A stretch of 64,000 bases of DNA, taken from NCBI RefSeq assembly GCF_009914755.1, contig NC_060932.1; one strand, given 5' to 3'. Numbering within the stretch: the first letter of the stretch is position 1; each line of letters begins with the position of its first letter. A program made the position numbers and the translations under genes. The notes below the pieces were generated by a model. The model saw only the letters and a program-made list of their open reading frames with translations. It was not told where the DNA came from and did not search any database. Source of the stretch: the human T2T-CHM13v2.0 reference genome, Homo sapiens. Positions 14,862 through 28,720 of this stretch are shown piece by piece.

Positions 14862-15887
14862 TTATCTATGACATTATACCACAAACATGGACTAAGCTGT
14901 TCTTGATCATATGGTCTTATATTGATAATATTTATATCTGTGTAGCTGTTGAGTAAAGCGTATGTTGACATGAACCCCACCGGAAATGAGGTTCTGCTCT
15001 GGGCTACTCCCTTTGGACCCAGTGTTTTTTAATGCAAAGGACTTGGCAGTAAGAACATCCATCTTTAGTGCCCAAATTGATAAAAAGCAGGGAAGGACTA
15101 CCGATCTTGCTCAAAAGTTACCATTTACCAGTTACTTAAATCCCCTTTGAATTGACCCTCTTCTGCAGCTTAAATTATAAGCTCCCTGTCTTCAAATGTC
15201 TTAAAATCTCTAAAGCATCATGGGATGTGTTTCTTTGGAAAGAAAGCTGGAAGTTATGAGATGTGGAAAGAGTGTAGAATGGAGTGATTGAGGTTGTGAA
15301 GGTATAACCAAGAGAAAGGAGGTTCACTCACAAATGAGAGTTAGATTGAGCGATGGTAAATTAACCTTGAGGCTGGAGGAGGCAGTAGACATGCCATTTA
15401 TCATTTCTCCTTGGTTAGAGATGAAGATGTGACAAGAATACACACCCAAAAGCAAAGCGACCCATGCTGTCTGTTCACTTCACATCTCAGGTGTTGTCTT
15501 ACTCAATTTTTTGGCAGCATGACAACTTGGCCTCCTCCTCTCATTTTCTTCCCTTGGCTTCTGGAATCCTGGGCACTCCTTGTTTTCCTCTTATGGCTTT
15601 AACTGCTCCTTCTGATCTCTCCCAGGCTGGTGAAGTCACTCCTATCTTTGCTCCCATGATGACCTATGTCCACTTACTTCCTTTATGGTACTGGCTCCAA
15701 CTACTCAAAGGTTTCTTTAGTTGTATCTTCACTGTATTATTTTTATATTAAATATATAAAATGATATTTTATATTAACTATATCTTTAATAAAAGTGGTA
15801 TACTATTCATTTATGTCTCCCCAAATTAGACAGACACCTAATAGGGCATCAATAAGTGTTTACTCTTTTATTATTTTTATTACTTTA

Positions 15888-16178
15888 ATTTTTTTTTTAG
15901 ATATGGTCTCACTCTGTCACCTACACTGGAGTGCAGTGGGGTGATCAGGGCTCATTTCAGCCTCAACCTCCAGGGCTCCAGTGATCCTCCCACCTTAACC
16001 TCCCGAGTAGCTGGGACTATAGGTGTGTGCCACCACATCTGGCTAATTTTTGTATTTTGGGTAGAGATGGGGTTTCACTAGGTTGCCCAGGCTGGTCTCA
16101 AATCCCTGAGCTCAAGTGATCCTCCTGCCTTGGCCTCTCAAAGTGTTGGGATTACAGGTGTAAGCCACCATGTCCAGC
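15888..16178 (-). mobile_element. AluJ SINE, inserted in an L2 3' end
   Basis: Full dimer; L2-tail-like sequence on both sides (aataagtgttt / acaaatgtttgttaaact). Confidence 0.93.
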
Positions 16179-16334
16179 CAACAAATGTTTGTTAAACTAA
16201 ATTAATTGATTGATCCCATACACACTCAAGAGATCCAATAGAGAAATGAAGTAAAGGCCAGTGGGAAATGTCACCAAAAAGAATAGTGACTTACCTTTCT
16301 AATGTATGCAGTTGTCTTGCCACTTAAAAATATA

Positions 16335-17090
16335 GCTCTTTTTGATTACAGCACTGATACATATTTATTGTATTTAAGTAACTGGTATTGTAGAAGATCT
16401 GAAAAATAAAGAAACAAAGGACACAAAAGCAATGCACAAATCTACCACCCAAAGATCACCATTGTAAATAATTGTGTGTATTTTCTTCCAGGCCTTTTTC
16501 TAGGCCTAAGTCGGGGTATAGATATATGTAGGTATGCATGTGTGTTTGTGTGTGTGTGTATGTTGTGCATGTGTGTGTCCTTTTTTCAAGAGAATTTGGA
16601 TCATAATGAAACAAACGATTTTGTACTCTTTTTGATTCAATATATTCTTATATTCTTTCACTTTGCAAATATTTGTTGAGGGCTTAACATAATGTACTAG
16701 GTACTATTTTAGGCTCTGGGAGTGCACCAGTCAACAGTATTTTGAATGTTTTTCTGAAAAACTTGATTTTAAATGACTTACTAATGTTTTACATTTTAGG
16801 TCAACTAAATTGGTTAATTTAACCAATTCCTGACTGTTGTTGTTACCATTTCACAGCACAATTAGTAATCTTGCAACAAGTAGCTTTATTCATAAATCTT
16901 TGTGTTTTTCTTTGATCATTCACTAGGATAGAATGGAAGTAAGTTCAAAGACTAGTTAACAAACTATAAAACATGAACTTTTAAAAAAAGTGTCCAGGGA
17001 TACTTCAGTAAAAGGTTTTGGTAATTTATAAACCCCAATTTCCATCAGTGTATGAAGGAACCCATCTTACAACTCTCACCAGCGTAATTT
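16335..17090 (-). mobile_element. Ancient L1 (L1ME-like) 3' fragments
   Basis: ctaccacccaaagatcaccattgtaaata...; tccatcagtgtatgaaggaacccatcttacaactctcaccagc. Confidence 0.55.
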
Positions 17091-18173
17091 GCATTTTCAT
17101 TAAGAAATATATTTATCTGCCTATATATTGCCTCACGTTAGAATTATTTTATTCTAGTAGGTGTAACTTTCATATTCTTATATAAGTATTTAATCTTGTT
17201 TTTCCATTAATTTTTTATTGATTCTCATGGAATGTGGCTATTCAGGAAATATAAACTTAAACTTCCCTTTAATAGGAAACCCCTAAAATCCTATAGTAAG
17301 ACTTTTTTTTTTTTTTTGGATCCAAGTTGTATTTTAGCTTACTAGCAGAGGTCCTGGGGTTTTCAAAATGGTTTCTTGCTCATTTTTTTCCTCGGTTAAC
17401 ATTCAGTTCAGGTGTGCATGTTTAGTAGGGGTACATACATTAAGCAAGGCAGATGTTCAGTGAAAGTCAAGTGTCCTTCAAAGAGTAATAGCAGCATCCC
17501 AGGGGTTCCCTTTGAGTGTGAAACCTTCTCTAAGACTAGCATAATCACCTGCTGGGGGAATCCTGGTGCGTCAGTCTCATCATGAGCTTACCCTAGATCA
17601 AGCTGTCTGACTGTGGTATCCATTGTGGGTTACTGTCTCTGTTTGTAGACATATTGACAGAAAAGTTGCAGACGTCACAACAAAGAATATTTTCTATCTC
17701 AATCACTAATTAATAAAAGATTCACATGTCTGAAAGCAAATTATCAACTTATTGAAAGGAGGACACTTTAAGGCCTAGATGTGCTATTTGTGAAATATTT
17801 CTAAGTGTTACTACAAAGTAATCTAAATCGAGTGCTATTTAATTTAACAAAAGGAAAATAAAAAAGTAATTCTCTATTTTTCAGCTATGGGGGTCACAAT
17901 GCTGAGGATGCAATAAAAAATTAAACGGAGTTCAGCTAGTCTCTAGAGCAAGGCCTCTTTGCTTTTGATACAAGAGGTGACCCTAGTAGATGACTCCTTG
18001 TTTGGGATGACTGTAAGTCTAGCTTTATAACTTCCTGTGTGCTCTTTGTTTTTCCCTAGTTTGCTGCTTTATGTCATATGAACACACACCCCTTGGAATT
18101 TATTTAACTTTTTTTTTCTGTTACTCTTACCATGCTTCCCAGAAGCCAAAGAGCAAATATGCGTAGAGTAAAT

Positions 18174-18357
18174 CAAGGTTTCTCAGTCGTGGCATCACTG
18201 AATGGAAGTGCATTGAAGGACATTTGGCAGCATCTATGGGGTGTGCCCACTAGATGCCAGTAGCACCCCTCTTCCCTAGTTGGGACAACCAAAAATGGTC
18301 CTAGTAGTTGTCAGATGTCCTTTGGGAGGCAAAATCGCCCCTAATTGAGAACCCCTG
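18174..18357 (-). mobile_element. MER20 hAT-Charlie MITE
   Basis: cccactagatgccagtagcacccc...ggcaaaatcgcccctaattgagaacccctg; 8-bp TSD gagtaaat/gaggaaat (7/8 match). Confidence 0.92.
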
Positions 18358-18409
18358 GAGGAAATGTGGCTCAGTCTTCCTGTAGGATCCCCCACTTGAC
18401 CTGTGGCAG

Positions 18410-18925
18410 GCCACATTCCATTGTCTACCCAATAGCCAGAGTAGTGTTTCCTAAGAATAAGGCCTTGCCACTTGCCTGCTTATAATAGTCCAATGTCTTC
18501 TTGTGGCGCTGGAGTAAAATCTGAACTCCTGTGGCAACCTATATAGCCCTCCATGATCTTACCCCAACCCACTCTGTCTCATCGGCTACCCCTCTTCTCT
18601 CCTTCACTCTTCTAAATTTGCTGTGATCAAAGCCACCCCTCAAAGAGGCCTTTCTTGCCACTTATTAATGCAGCTTCTCCCTTCTACTCACTTTATTATA
18701 TCATATGGTTTGCCTTGTTTATCTGCATGTTTTACAACCTGAAATTACCTGGTACCTTTATTTGTCTACTGGTTTATTGTCTTTTCTCAAGCACAGCAGA
18801 ATGTAAGCTTCTTGAGAGAAAAGAACATTTCTAGTTTGTTCACTACTCCTTGCCCAGTGTCTCAGATAAAGCGTAACACTTCATAGATGTTAAAAAAATA
18901 CAATGAATAAATAAATAAATGGGTA
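18410..18925 (+). mobile_element. L2 3' fragment
   Basis: agaatgtaagcttcttgag...; tail aatgaataaataaataaatg. Confidence 0.75.
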
Positions 18926-18949
18926 AAATTAGGCAGAGGCAGTGACTCA

Positions 18950-18950
18950 G

Positions 18951-18998
<48 letters not shown>

Positions 18999-19015
18999 TA
19001 CACTATATATACATA
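18950..19015. repeat. (TA)n(CA)n compound microsatellite
   Basis: Directly visible. Confidence 0.95.
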
Positions 19016-21659
19016 TTCTTTTTCTGTATTCACACTTTAACAATTCAGTAATATTTTAGTCAAAAAAGGGCAGAGAACAAAGAAATACAACCTTGTGTGT
19101 CTACTATCCAGATAATGTGATCTTGAGTTGCAAAGAATGAAGGGTGCCATTATGTATTTGACAGAATCAGTGTTCATATGTATATAGTAGTTTACAAATA
19201 GATCAAGACTTTTTCCATCCACATAAATCAACATTTCTGTGCTAAGTAGTCACTAAGGGTGAAATGCTGAAAATAGCAAGATTCATTTCCTTCCATCAAG
19301 GGGCTCACAGTCCAGTGGGTGGGCCAGTGGCATGGAAGAGGAGATCATTAGAGATAGTCTGATGAGTGCTTCAATGTGAAATGAAGGATCAGGAGCTAGC
19401 AGTGTACCTGAGAAACCCTGGGATGGACAGATGCTGGAGTGTATGTGTTAAAAATCAAGGAACCCTGACTAGAGTGCTAAATCTTAAAGAGTCCTCTTAT
19501 GTATTTTGGTACAGAAACACTCCACTTGGGTAGAAGGAGTGTGCTTATAAATCCCCACCTCACCAAATGAGAAGGAGCTGCTGGCAAGATCTGAGCTCAA
19601 CACCTCAGGAGCCTCCAGATTTGGAAGGCTTTTGGTTTCCTCACTTCTTTTGCTTTCTATTTTTGCCTCGAAATATGTGCACTCCTAGAGTTCTCTATTT
19701 TCAAAAAGCCTTCTGAGCCAGTAAGGAAGAAAAGTTTGCTTTGGGGAACTTCCAAATATTTGTGAATTGCCGTTGACTACTTTTTCACTGCAACAGCAAG
19801 GCAAATCTGTACTATTAAGTAGTAATATAATGTATAAAGCATATCTTTTCATTTTTGAGCATGGCACTATGTCAGTGAGAGCAGTGATTTTCAGATATTT
19901 TCCATATTCCAAAAATGTGATGAGGGTCTTGAGGTATGGTTAAGTAATAGGAATACTGTAAGAGTATTAAAAATTATCTTTGGGAGGGCTTATAATCCTG
20001 TAAGTTTAGCACATTGTTCTTTAGTTGTGTAGTTGCTCAATGTAGTTTAATTGGTCAGGTTCTTCATGGAACAACAAACAGGACAGTGAAGACTCTTACA
20101 GTTATTGCTTTGCAGTATGGCACAATCATTCAAAAGATAAATATCTCTCAGATTAACTTAATATATGAGAGGAAATTCAAGCTCATCCTGATTTTTGGAG
20201 TGGGTAAGAAACTATGCATTCTTTCCCCAGTGACATTTTTCATGTGATTTCAAATATATCAAACTTATTCAGATATTCTTAATTTGGAAGGACAGGCACA
20301 GAGAATATATTTGAATATACTTGAGAATTTTCTGTTCCTCATTTGAAGTTAACTAGGTAACCATTCTGAAAATAAGATGCTCTCCTCTCCTCTTATTCTG
20401 CTTAGAATTTTAACCGTTCAAAGTGGAATGTGAGAGTGATGTAGCTCATTACTCCTTGGTTTTCTCTCCATCCCTCACTTTTTTCGTTTTTTGCTACTGA
20501 TGTGTTTCCAATGATGTACTCAGCTGGTTTTTGCTTTTGTTGATAGCTGAGCTTATACGATATTTTCTTAAACTGCTTTTATGATACTATGCCTTCCCAA
20601 CAGGCAAAATGGTCTCACATTCTCAGCAGGGCTGGGATAGGGAATCACCAATAAGGAACTTCTCTTCTTCCACAAGAATTGAAGACATCTAATTTCTCAT
20701 CTGTTCTGTCCCTGTGGACACAAATGTCAAAATCGGTCTTGCTGGTGGCATTTGAAATGGTATATGCACAATTCAGGAAGCGTTACTGTTTACCCATTAA
20801 TCACTCTGGGCCACCAGTCAAAATATTTTCTGTGCAAAAATGCCTTTCCCATTTTGTACCAGTTAATATTGGATGGAACTCAAGAGTCACAGTTAATCTG
20901 TGGCAAAGCTTTTATTTGCTGTCAGGCATTCAGACATGAAAAATGCTCAATGTAATATTTTAATTAATAAAAATATACTGAGAAGTGTATTTTTCTGAAG
21001 TAGATTTTTATTACACTTCATTACATTTCCAAATTTAATGGACACATATATTATGTCCTGTCACCATGGGAACCACATCAAGACAGGCTTTTTATAGGCT
21101 GTGGATGTAGTTATAAAACTCTCACAAAGACAAAATTGTTTCTTATAAGTTTAAAAGAAGCTGTGCTCATTTACAGTATGTATAATTTAGTGCAGAGCTT
21201 GAGGCAATAAGAGAGTCTTTATTTGATTTAGAGACTAACACTTCTTTTTATGAAGCTTTTAAGTGTTTATTATTTCAGGTCTGTGTTCATGAAGATATAA
21301 CTTGGCTTATTGTGAAAGCAAATTTAAAAAATTCAAACTTTGTATAATAGACCAAACAGATGAAATTCTTTTTTGTAACTGTTTAAAAAGCAAAGCACTT
21401 TTAAAAACAAATTTTTCCAAGCATACATAAAAGAAGGAACTACAATGAACCCCAATACCCATCTTGAATAACCACCAATATTTTACTGTATTTATTTTAT
21501 GTGTCCCCCTGCAAACACCACTTTTTACGGCTGAAATATTTTAAAGTAAATTATAGTAAAATGGTAAAATATCAGTTTACTATCAAATACTTTAGTATGC
21601 ATCTTAAAAAAGAAGGAGGCAAGAACAAGGACCACATAGTGAACAACTTTCTATATTCA

Positions 21660-22230
21660 ATAAAAAATATCATAAAGCATTATGACAGAACAGAGACCAA
21701 ACACATAGATCATATCAGCAAATGCAAATAGGCTCACCTTACTTATTATAATGAAAAAAGAAAAGATTTTCAGAGTGCCCAAAGAAGAAAATCCTTGCTC
21801 TATGATATTTAAAAGGGACATACCTAAAATTAAGTGATTTTGAAGGTTAAAAATAAAAGAATAGGCAATTGCAAATTTTAAAAAAATCAGGGGTCTTCTT
21901 ATAGAGGAGTATAAATTAAGGCCAAAAATATTAAAATAGATAAAGAAGGATATTTTATAATACTACAGGCAGAAATTCACAAAGAAGATTCAAAAGTTAT
22001 CTTTTCTTCCAGTAACACAGAAACGACTTTCAAAAAGCAGAAACTGCTAGGTATGACAAATAGAGACACACTAATAGTAGGAGATTTTAACACACTTCTC
22101 TCAGTTCTAGGAAAGCCAAAGGATAAAATGCTAGTAAGGATGGAGAAGACTCAACATAATCAATAAGTTAAAGCTAATATCTATAAAACTGGAACAGTAA
22201 TAATAGAGACTATGCCTTCCTTTTATGTAA
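21660..22230 (+). mobile_element. Ancient L1 ORF2 endonuclease-region relic
   Basis: atagtaggagattttaacacacttctctcag (the IVGDFNT.LS motif of L1 EN) in A-rich L1 sense-strand context. Confidence 0.7.
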
Positions 22231-23204
22231 GAGTCTTTGAAACTGAAATTAGTGAAAGCTGATGGAGGGGAAAAAATCATAGAGTTTGAACCCTGGTTTA
22301 ACATTTCATAGCACTTTCAAAGTTATAAAATGTATTCACATTTTCAGTTCAAAGTTATTTATGTATTTTCCACATTCCATTCACGTGGCCTGCTCCATCC
22401 TGAACAGGGATCTATTCTGGCTACTTATGATTTTCCACATTAAAGGTAAGCATTGGTGCTGATTTTTAGATCAGATGGAGCTTGGAATATTTTTCCTCAA
22501 AGTTTTCCAACTTTAATTTCCAAGGAACTATCCAGTTTAGCCTCATATGAGCTTTCTGCCTCTTTTAAATTCCAGGAGAGAAATGTGAGATTTCACAAAC
22601 AGAGAGATTGCTTTTCCATCAGTCACAGCCCATGCCTGACATGTGCAAGGGGCTTCGTAAACAGATGGGTAACATGCAGGTCTTTTTATTTAATTTATTT
22701 TATTTTATTTTAACAAAATGCAAGATTAACCTGTTTCTTAGCAACATTACTTCCCTTCTTTATTCAAAGATTCTTCCTCCCTCTAAAAGAATTGACATTT
22801 ATGATGGAGTTTTCGAGTTTAATTTTCCTACAAATGCAACTTTTGTCGAAATGTGCAACATTTAGTTTTTGGGTCTGTGAGGTATGGCATATTTTTTCCT
22901 CCCAGTTTTCATAAATGAATATTAGTGAGTGATAGGGAGCATAGATTACATCACAACAGCCACTATTGATGGTAATGGGATTCGAATTGGAGACTAGCCA
23001 TCAATGGCACAAAGCTGCTATGGGAAATGCATAGAAATGGAAAGCCACTTTACTTAAGTGACTGGCTGCTCTGCTAGCTTAGCATTTATTTATTTGTTCG
23101 CTCTTGTGTTTTTTTAAAAGTATTTGTTGTTGGATTTTTTTTTTGTCTTAATACCTTGGGGTTCGGATACCTTCCTGTTGCAAGGGAAATTTGCTAATAT
23201 AACA

Positions 23205-23445
23205 AAGTAGTTGCGAATATGGAGTGTTGGAGGCAGATTGCTCTGGGAATTAGAACCACTTACTAGCAATGTGACCACAGCAATTGACTTCAATTCTATG
23301 AGCTTCATAGTTACCTCTTGTAACATGGGAAACATAATAATAGTACTCACCTAATGGAGTTGTTGTAAAGATTCCATCAAGTTTTTGTGAAACACTTAGC
23401 ACAGTGCCTACATACATACATAAAGCATTTTATTGATGCCATAAG
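23205..23445 (+). mobile_element. MIR SINE
   Basis: ccacttactagcaatgtgacc...catgggaaacataataatagtactcacctaatggagttgttgtaaagatt. Confidence 0.85.
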
Positions 23446-23544
23446 GTATACTAACAATTAGTATGTTAGAATAATAATTAGTATTTAATGTTAAGTTAAT
23501 TGAAGAGACTGAGAAACTCAAGTTGCTAAAAGTAAAAAGGAGAC

Positions 23545-25145
23545 TTTTAAAAATATTTTATTTTTAATTGTGGAGGAAAACAACAGAAAATTCACCATCT
23601 CAACTATTTTTCAGTGTGTAAATCAGTAACCATATCCACATTGTTGTAAAACAGGATTCTAAAACTCTTCATCTTACAAAACAAAAACTCCATATCCATT
23701 CAACAAGCCTTCGAGAAAAACTTTTTAAAGAACAGTTTTAAATTTACAGGAAAATTGCGAAGAAGGTACAGAGAATTCCCATGTATCCCACACCCAGGTC
23801 CTCTATTATTAGCATCTAACATTAGTATGGTACATTTGCTGCAACTAATAATATCAACATATTATTGTTTACTGAAGTCCATACTTTATTTAGATTTCCT
23901 TAGCTTTTACCGAATGTTCTTTTTTCTATTCCAAGATCTGTTCAGGGTTCAGCACTACATTTAGTTGACATGACTCTTCAGGTTCCTCTTGGCTGACAAA
24001 TTTTTGGACTCCTTGATTTTGATGGCCTTGACAGTTTTGAGAAGTACTGGTCAGGTATTTGGTAGAATGTCTTCATTTGGGATTTATCTGATGTTTTCTC
24101 ATGATTGGACTTGGGTTAGAGTACATGCTATCAATCTGACATTGTTACTGATATTGACCTTGATTACGTGGCTCAGGTAGTGTTTGTCAGTTTCCTCCAT
24201 TATAAAGTTACAAATGTTTTAATTTGAAATTCCCTAACAAAATGATGTTAAGAACCTTTTCACAGGGTTACCTGTCTTCTGTATATCTTCATTGGTGAGA
24301 TATCTGCTCTTGCCCATTTTAAAAAATTGGGTTGTTTCCTTATTGTTGAATTTTAAGATTTCTTTGTATATTTTGGATATAAGTTCCTTGTCAGATACGT
24401 ATTTTACAAATATTTCCTTCCAATCTGCAGCTTGCCTATTCATTCTCTTAACTGTGTCTTCCAGAGAGCACATGCTTTTATGTTTAATAAAGTACAACTT
24501 ATCAAATTTTTAATGGATTATGCTTTGGGTATTGCATCTAAAAACTCACCACCAAACACAAGTTCATATAGATTTTCTGCTTTTCTCTTTTCTAGGAATT
24601 TTATGGTTTTGCATTTTACATGTAACATGTAAATCCATTTTGAATTGGTGTCTAGGTGTTTTATGTTATGTTTCTCTCTTTTTTTTTTTTTTTTGGCCTA
24701 TGGCCATCCAATTTCTCCAGCACCATTTGTTGGACAGATGATCCTTTTCTCCACTGCATTGCCTTTGCTCCTTTTACAAATAGCAGTTGACTATATTTGT
24801 GTGAGTCTCTTTCTGAGCTGTTTCGTTCCAGTAACTTATGTCTATTGTTTAGTCAATACCTCATTGTCTTGATTACTGTAGTTTTATGGTAAGACTTGAA
24901 ATCAGCAAGGGTGCATCCTTCACTGTTGTTCTTCAATATTGTGTTGGCTATTCTAAGTCTTTCACATTTCCATATAAACTTTAAATCATTTTGTTAACAC
25001 CTGTAAAATAAGTTGCTTGGATTTTATTAGGGTTTTCATGAAATCTATAGATTGATTTATGAGGTATTATCATCTAAACAATATTAAGTTTTCCACTCTA
25101 TGAACATGGAAAATATTTATTTAGATTTTCTTTAATCAGTATTTA
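23545..25145 (-). mobile_element. Old L1 (L1MB/L1MC-like) 3' UTR and ORF2 C-terminal fragments
   Basis: ORF 24234-24497 resembles L1 ORF2 (MNRQAADWKEIF..YVSDKELISKIYKE). Confidence 0.85.
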
Positions 25146-25179
25146 AAAATTCCGTATAATTCTGTTTACAAGTAAAATT

Positions 25180-25995
25180 ATAACACTCGTGGAGAAAAGA
25201 GAGGATGTGTGGAAAAGAGAACTCTTGTGCACTGTTAGTGAAAATGAAAATGTAAATTATTATAACCATTATGGGAAATAGTATGGAATTTTCTCAAGTT
25301 AAAAAGTGCTACTACATGATCCATCAGTCTCACTACTGAGTATGTATATAGCCAAAGGAAATGAAATCAGTGTATCAAAGAGATGTCTTCACTCCTGTAT
25401 TAATTGCAGCACTATTTCTAATAGCAGAGATATGAAATCAACTTAGGTGTTCATCAACAAAGGATACATAAAGAAAATGTTGCATATATCCACTATGGAA
25501 TACTATTCAACCTTAAAAGAGAATAAAATCCTGTCATTTGTGACAACATGGATTCACCTAAAGAACATTACATTAAGTGAAATGAGCCAGGCACAGAAAG
25601 ACAAATACTGCATGATCTCACTTATATGTAGAATCCCAAAAAGTCAAATTAATGGAAGCATAGACTAGAATGGTGGTTATCTGGGGCTGGTGTGGGGAAC
25701 CAGTGTAGTTGCAAAGATGTTGGTCAAGGAGTACAATATGTCAGTTAGACAGGAGGAATAATTTCAAGAGATCTATAGTACAACATGGTGACTATGGATA
25801 ACAATGTATTATATACTTGAAAATTGCAAAGAGAGTAGATTTTAAGTGTTCTCACCATAAAAATGATAAATATGTGAGGTAATATGTTAATTAGCTTGAT
25901 TCAGGCATTTCACAATATATACATATTTCAAAATGTTATGTTGTACACCAAAATATACATAATTTTTATTTGTCAATTTAAAAATAAAAAGAAAA
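25180..25995 (+). mobile_element. L1MA (L1MA8/9-like) 5'-truncated 3' end with A-rich tail
   Basis: ORF2 C-terminus MEYYSTLKENKILSFVTTWIHL...; L1MA 3' UTR cagttagacaggaggaataatttcaagagatcta. Confidence 0.9.
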
Positions 25996-26309
25996 TGATC
26001 TATCTTAAGATAAAAAATACATTTTTAAAAATAATTTATTGACTAGTAAAATGATAAATATATTTAAACAACAAAATGCATTCAGTGATTTATATGCCAT
26101 GATAGAAACATACACTGGGTTCAATGGGGCACAAAAGCAGGAGTGGTCAATTCTACAGAATGGCCTGAAATTTCATGCAAGTGTTTCATAGAGAGGATGA
26201 CACTTGGAAGTGTGAACAAAGAGAAAGGAAGCAGAGAAACTAAATTGGTGAGTACCGAAGAATGAAAGAGTATAGCAGATTTATATTCTTTCAAAAAACA
26301 AAAAAAAAT

Positions 26310-28260
26310 TATAATTTTCCACATATAGACCCTGTGCATGTGTTAAATTTAAACCTACGTACAGTTCACTCTTGAACAACACGAGTTTGAACTGCACAGG
26401 TCCACTTATATTCAGTTTTCCCAACCAGACGCAGATCAGTATTCATGAGGAATGAAACTTGTGTATGTAAAGGGCTGAATTTTTGCATTACCAGGTTCCA
26501 CAGGGAAAATGGCAAGACTTGAGTATGCATGGATTTTGGTATCCATGGTGATCCTGGAACCAATCCCTCTGCATACACCAATGGACACAGCTGTATTTCA
26601 TTTTTTTGGTGCCATTGTAAATAATGTGTACTTTTTAAAAGTTCCAATTCCAATTGGTCACTGCTGATACATAGGGAAGCAATTAGCTTTTGTGTATTAA
26701 TCCTGTTTCTTGTGACCTTGCTAAACTTGCTTATTAGTCTGAGGAGTCCTTTTGTGTATTCTTTGGATTTCTCTACACAGACAATCACGTCATCTGAGAA
26801 TAAGGGCAGGTTTATTTCCTCCTTTAAAATCTGTATACTATTTGTCTTCTTTTCTTGTCTTATTGCACTAGCTAGGACTTCCAGTGTTACATATAGTAGG
26901 ATAGGGAAGAGAGGATATCATTGCTTTGTTCCCCTTCTTAGGGGGAAAATACTCACCATTAAGTATGATATTAGCTATAGGTTTTTAATAATTTTTTTTT
27001 AAATCAAGATAAGAAAGTTTCTCTTATTCTTAGCTTGCTGAGGGATCTTATCATGAATGGGTGTTGGGCTTCACCAAATTATTTGTCTCATATATTGATA
27101 TATCATATTATTTTTCTATTTTTGTCCATTGTGGCAGATTACAGCAATTGATTTTTGAATGTTGAACCAGCCTTGCATATTTACACTTGGTTGTGGTGTA
27201 CTTCTTTTTGTATATCACTAGATTTTCTTTGCTGATATTCTGTTGAGGATTTTTGTATCTATTCATGAGAGATATTGGTTTTCAGATTTCCTTTCTTGTA
27301 AAGCTTTTAGCTGGTTTTGTATTGCAGTAGTGCTACCCACCTCATAGAATAAGTTGGGAAGTGTTCTATCCATGTCGATGTTCTGAAAGATATTGTGGAG
27401 AACTGGTATCACATATTGATTAAATGTTTGATAGAATTCATAAGCGAAAACATCTGGGCTTGGTGTTTTCCTTTTTTTTTCTGTTTTGGAAGGTTATTGA
27501 TGATTGATTCAATTTATTTAATACATAGAGGCCTGTTCAGATTGTCTGTTTAATTTGTGTGAGTTTTAATAGTTTGTATTTTTCAAGGAATAGTTACATT
27601 TCATCTAAGTTATCAAATTTGTGAACATAAAGTTGATCATATTATTTCTTTATTTTCCTTTTAATATCCATGGTATCAGTAGTGATGTCTTTCTTTCATC
27701 TCTAATATTGATAAATTTGTATCTTTCCTCCTTTTTTCTGATTAAGGCTAGAAGCTTATTCATTATATTGATCTCATAGAACTACCTTTAGGTTTTACTG
27801 ATGTTCTCTACTGTTTTCCCGTTTTCAGTTTCATTGATCCTACTTTTTATTATTTCTTTTCTGTTTGCTTTGGGCTTATATTCTTCCTTCTCTAGTTTTC
27901 TAGGCTGGAAGCTTAGACTATTAATTTTAGATCTTTATTTCATTCTAATATATGCATTGGATGTTATAAATTTCCCTTTAGGCTCTGCTTTCACTGAATC
28001 CCAGTTTTTGATGAGTTGTGTTTTCATTTTCTTTTAGTTTCAAATATTTTTATATTTCTCTTTTTACTTATTCTTTAGCCCTTGGGTCATTTGGAATTGT
28101 GTTGTTTAACACCCAGATATTTGGGTGATTTTTCAGCTTTCTATTATTGATTTCTAGTTTAATTCTATTGGGGGATGTTCTTACATATCTTGTGTAATTT
28201 TTATTTTTAAAAAATTTGTTAAGGCATATTTTATGCCTAGAATGTAGTATATCTTGTAAA
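26310..28260 (-). mobile_element. Old L1 ORF2 (RT region), continuation of the 23.7-25.1 kb element
   Basis: MIVCVEKSKEYTKGLLRLISKFSKVTRNRINTQKLIA resembles L1 RT; T-rich antisense L1 text. Confidence 0.85.
26362..26593 (-). mobile_element. MER8 (TcMar-Tigger MITE)
   Basis: TA-cagttcactcttgaacaacacgagtttgaactgc...ggaaccaatccctctgcatacaccaatggacacagctg-TA; TA target duplication. Confidence 0.88.
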
Positions 28261-28489
28261 TATGAGATTTTTTAAAGTGATTTTATTAACGCTTATTAAT
28301 TTTATCTCTCTTTAGAAAAATGCACTTACAGAACACTATTACTATTGAAAAACATGTAAAAAGTGTCTTTCATTATTTTCTCTATTTGGCCCTCTGGCCA
28401 GTGTCTTTTTGTAACCATTGTTGTTCCTCAACTGGCGCAATTCGTTTTGTGACATGAGTTTTGGCAGTGGTAACAATAATTTTAGTAGA

Positions 28490-28720
28490 GGAAACAGCAT
28501 TTATTGAGCAACTACTATGTTCCAACTATTATGCTTTACCTATAAAATTTCAGTTCTCATAGCAACCCTCTAGGATGGATGCTATTAGCACCTTCATGTT
28601 GCAGTTGAGGAATTTGAAGCGTAGAAAATCACATAACTTGCCTGTTCACCTATGAGACATGAGCCAGAGGAAGAACATGAACCTTCACCAGCCTGACACC
28701 TGGAAGCACTTACTTCACTG
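28490..28720 (-). mobile_element. MIR SINE
   Basis: catttattgagcaactactatg...agcaaccctctaggatggatgctattagc. Confidence 0.75.

Noticed and set aside
20588-20975. Possible terminal coding exon (acceptor cccaacag, short ORF, downstream AATAAA)
   Set aside because: Weak polypyrimidine tract, unrecognised peptide, and AATAAA is common in AT-rich DNA
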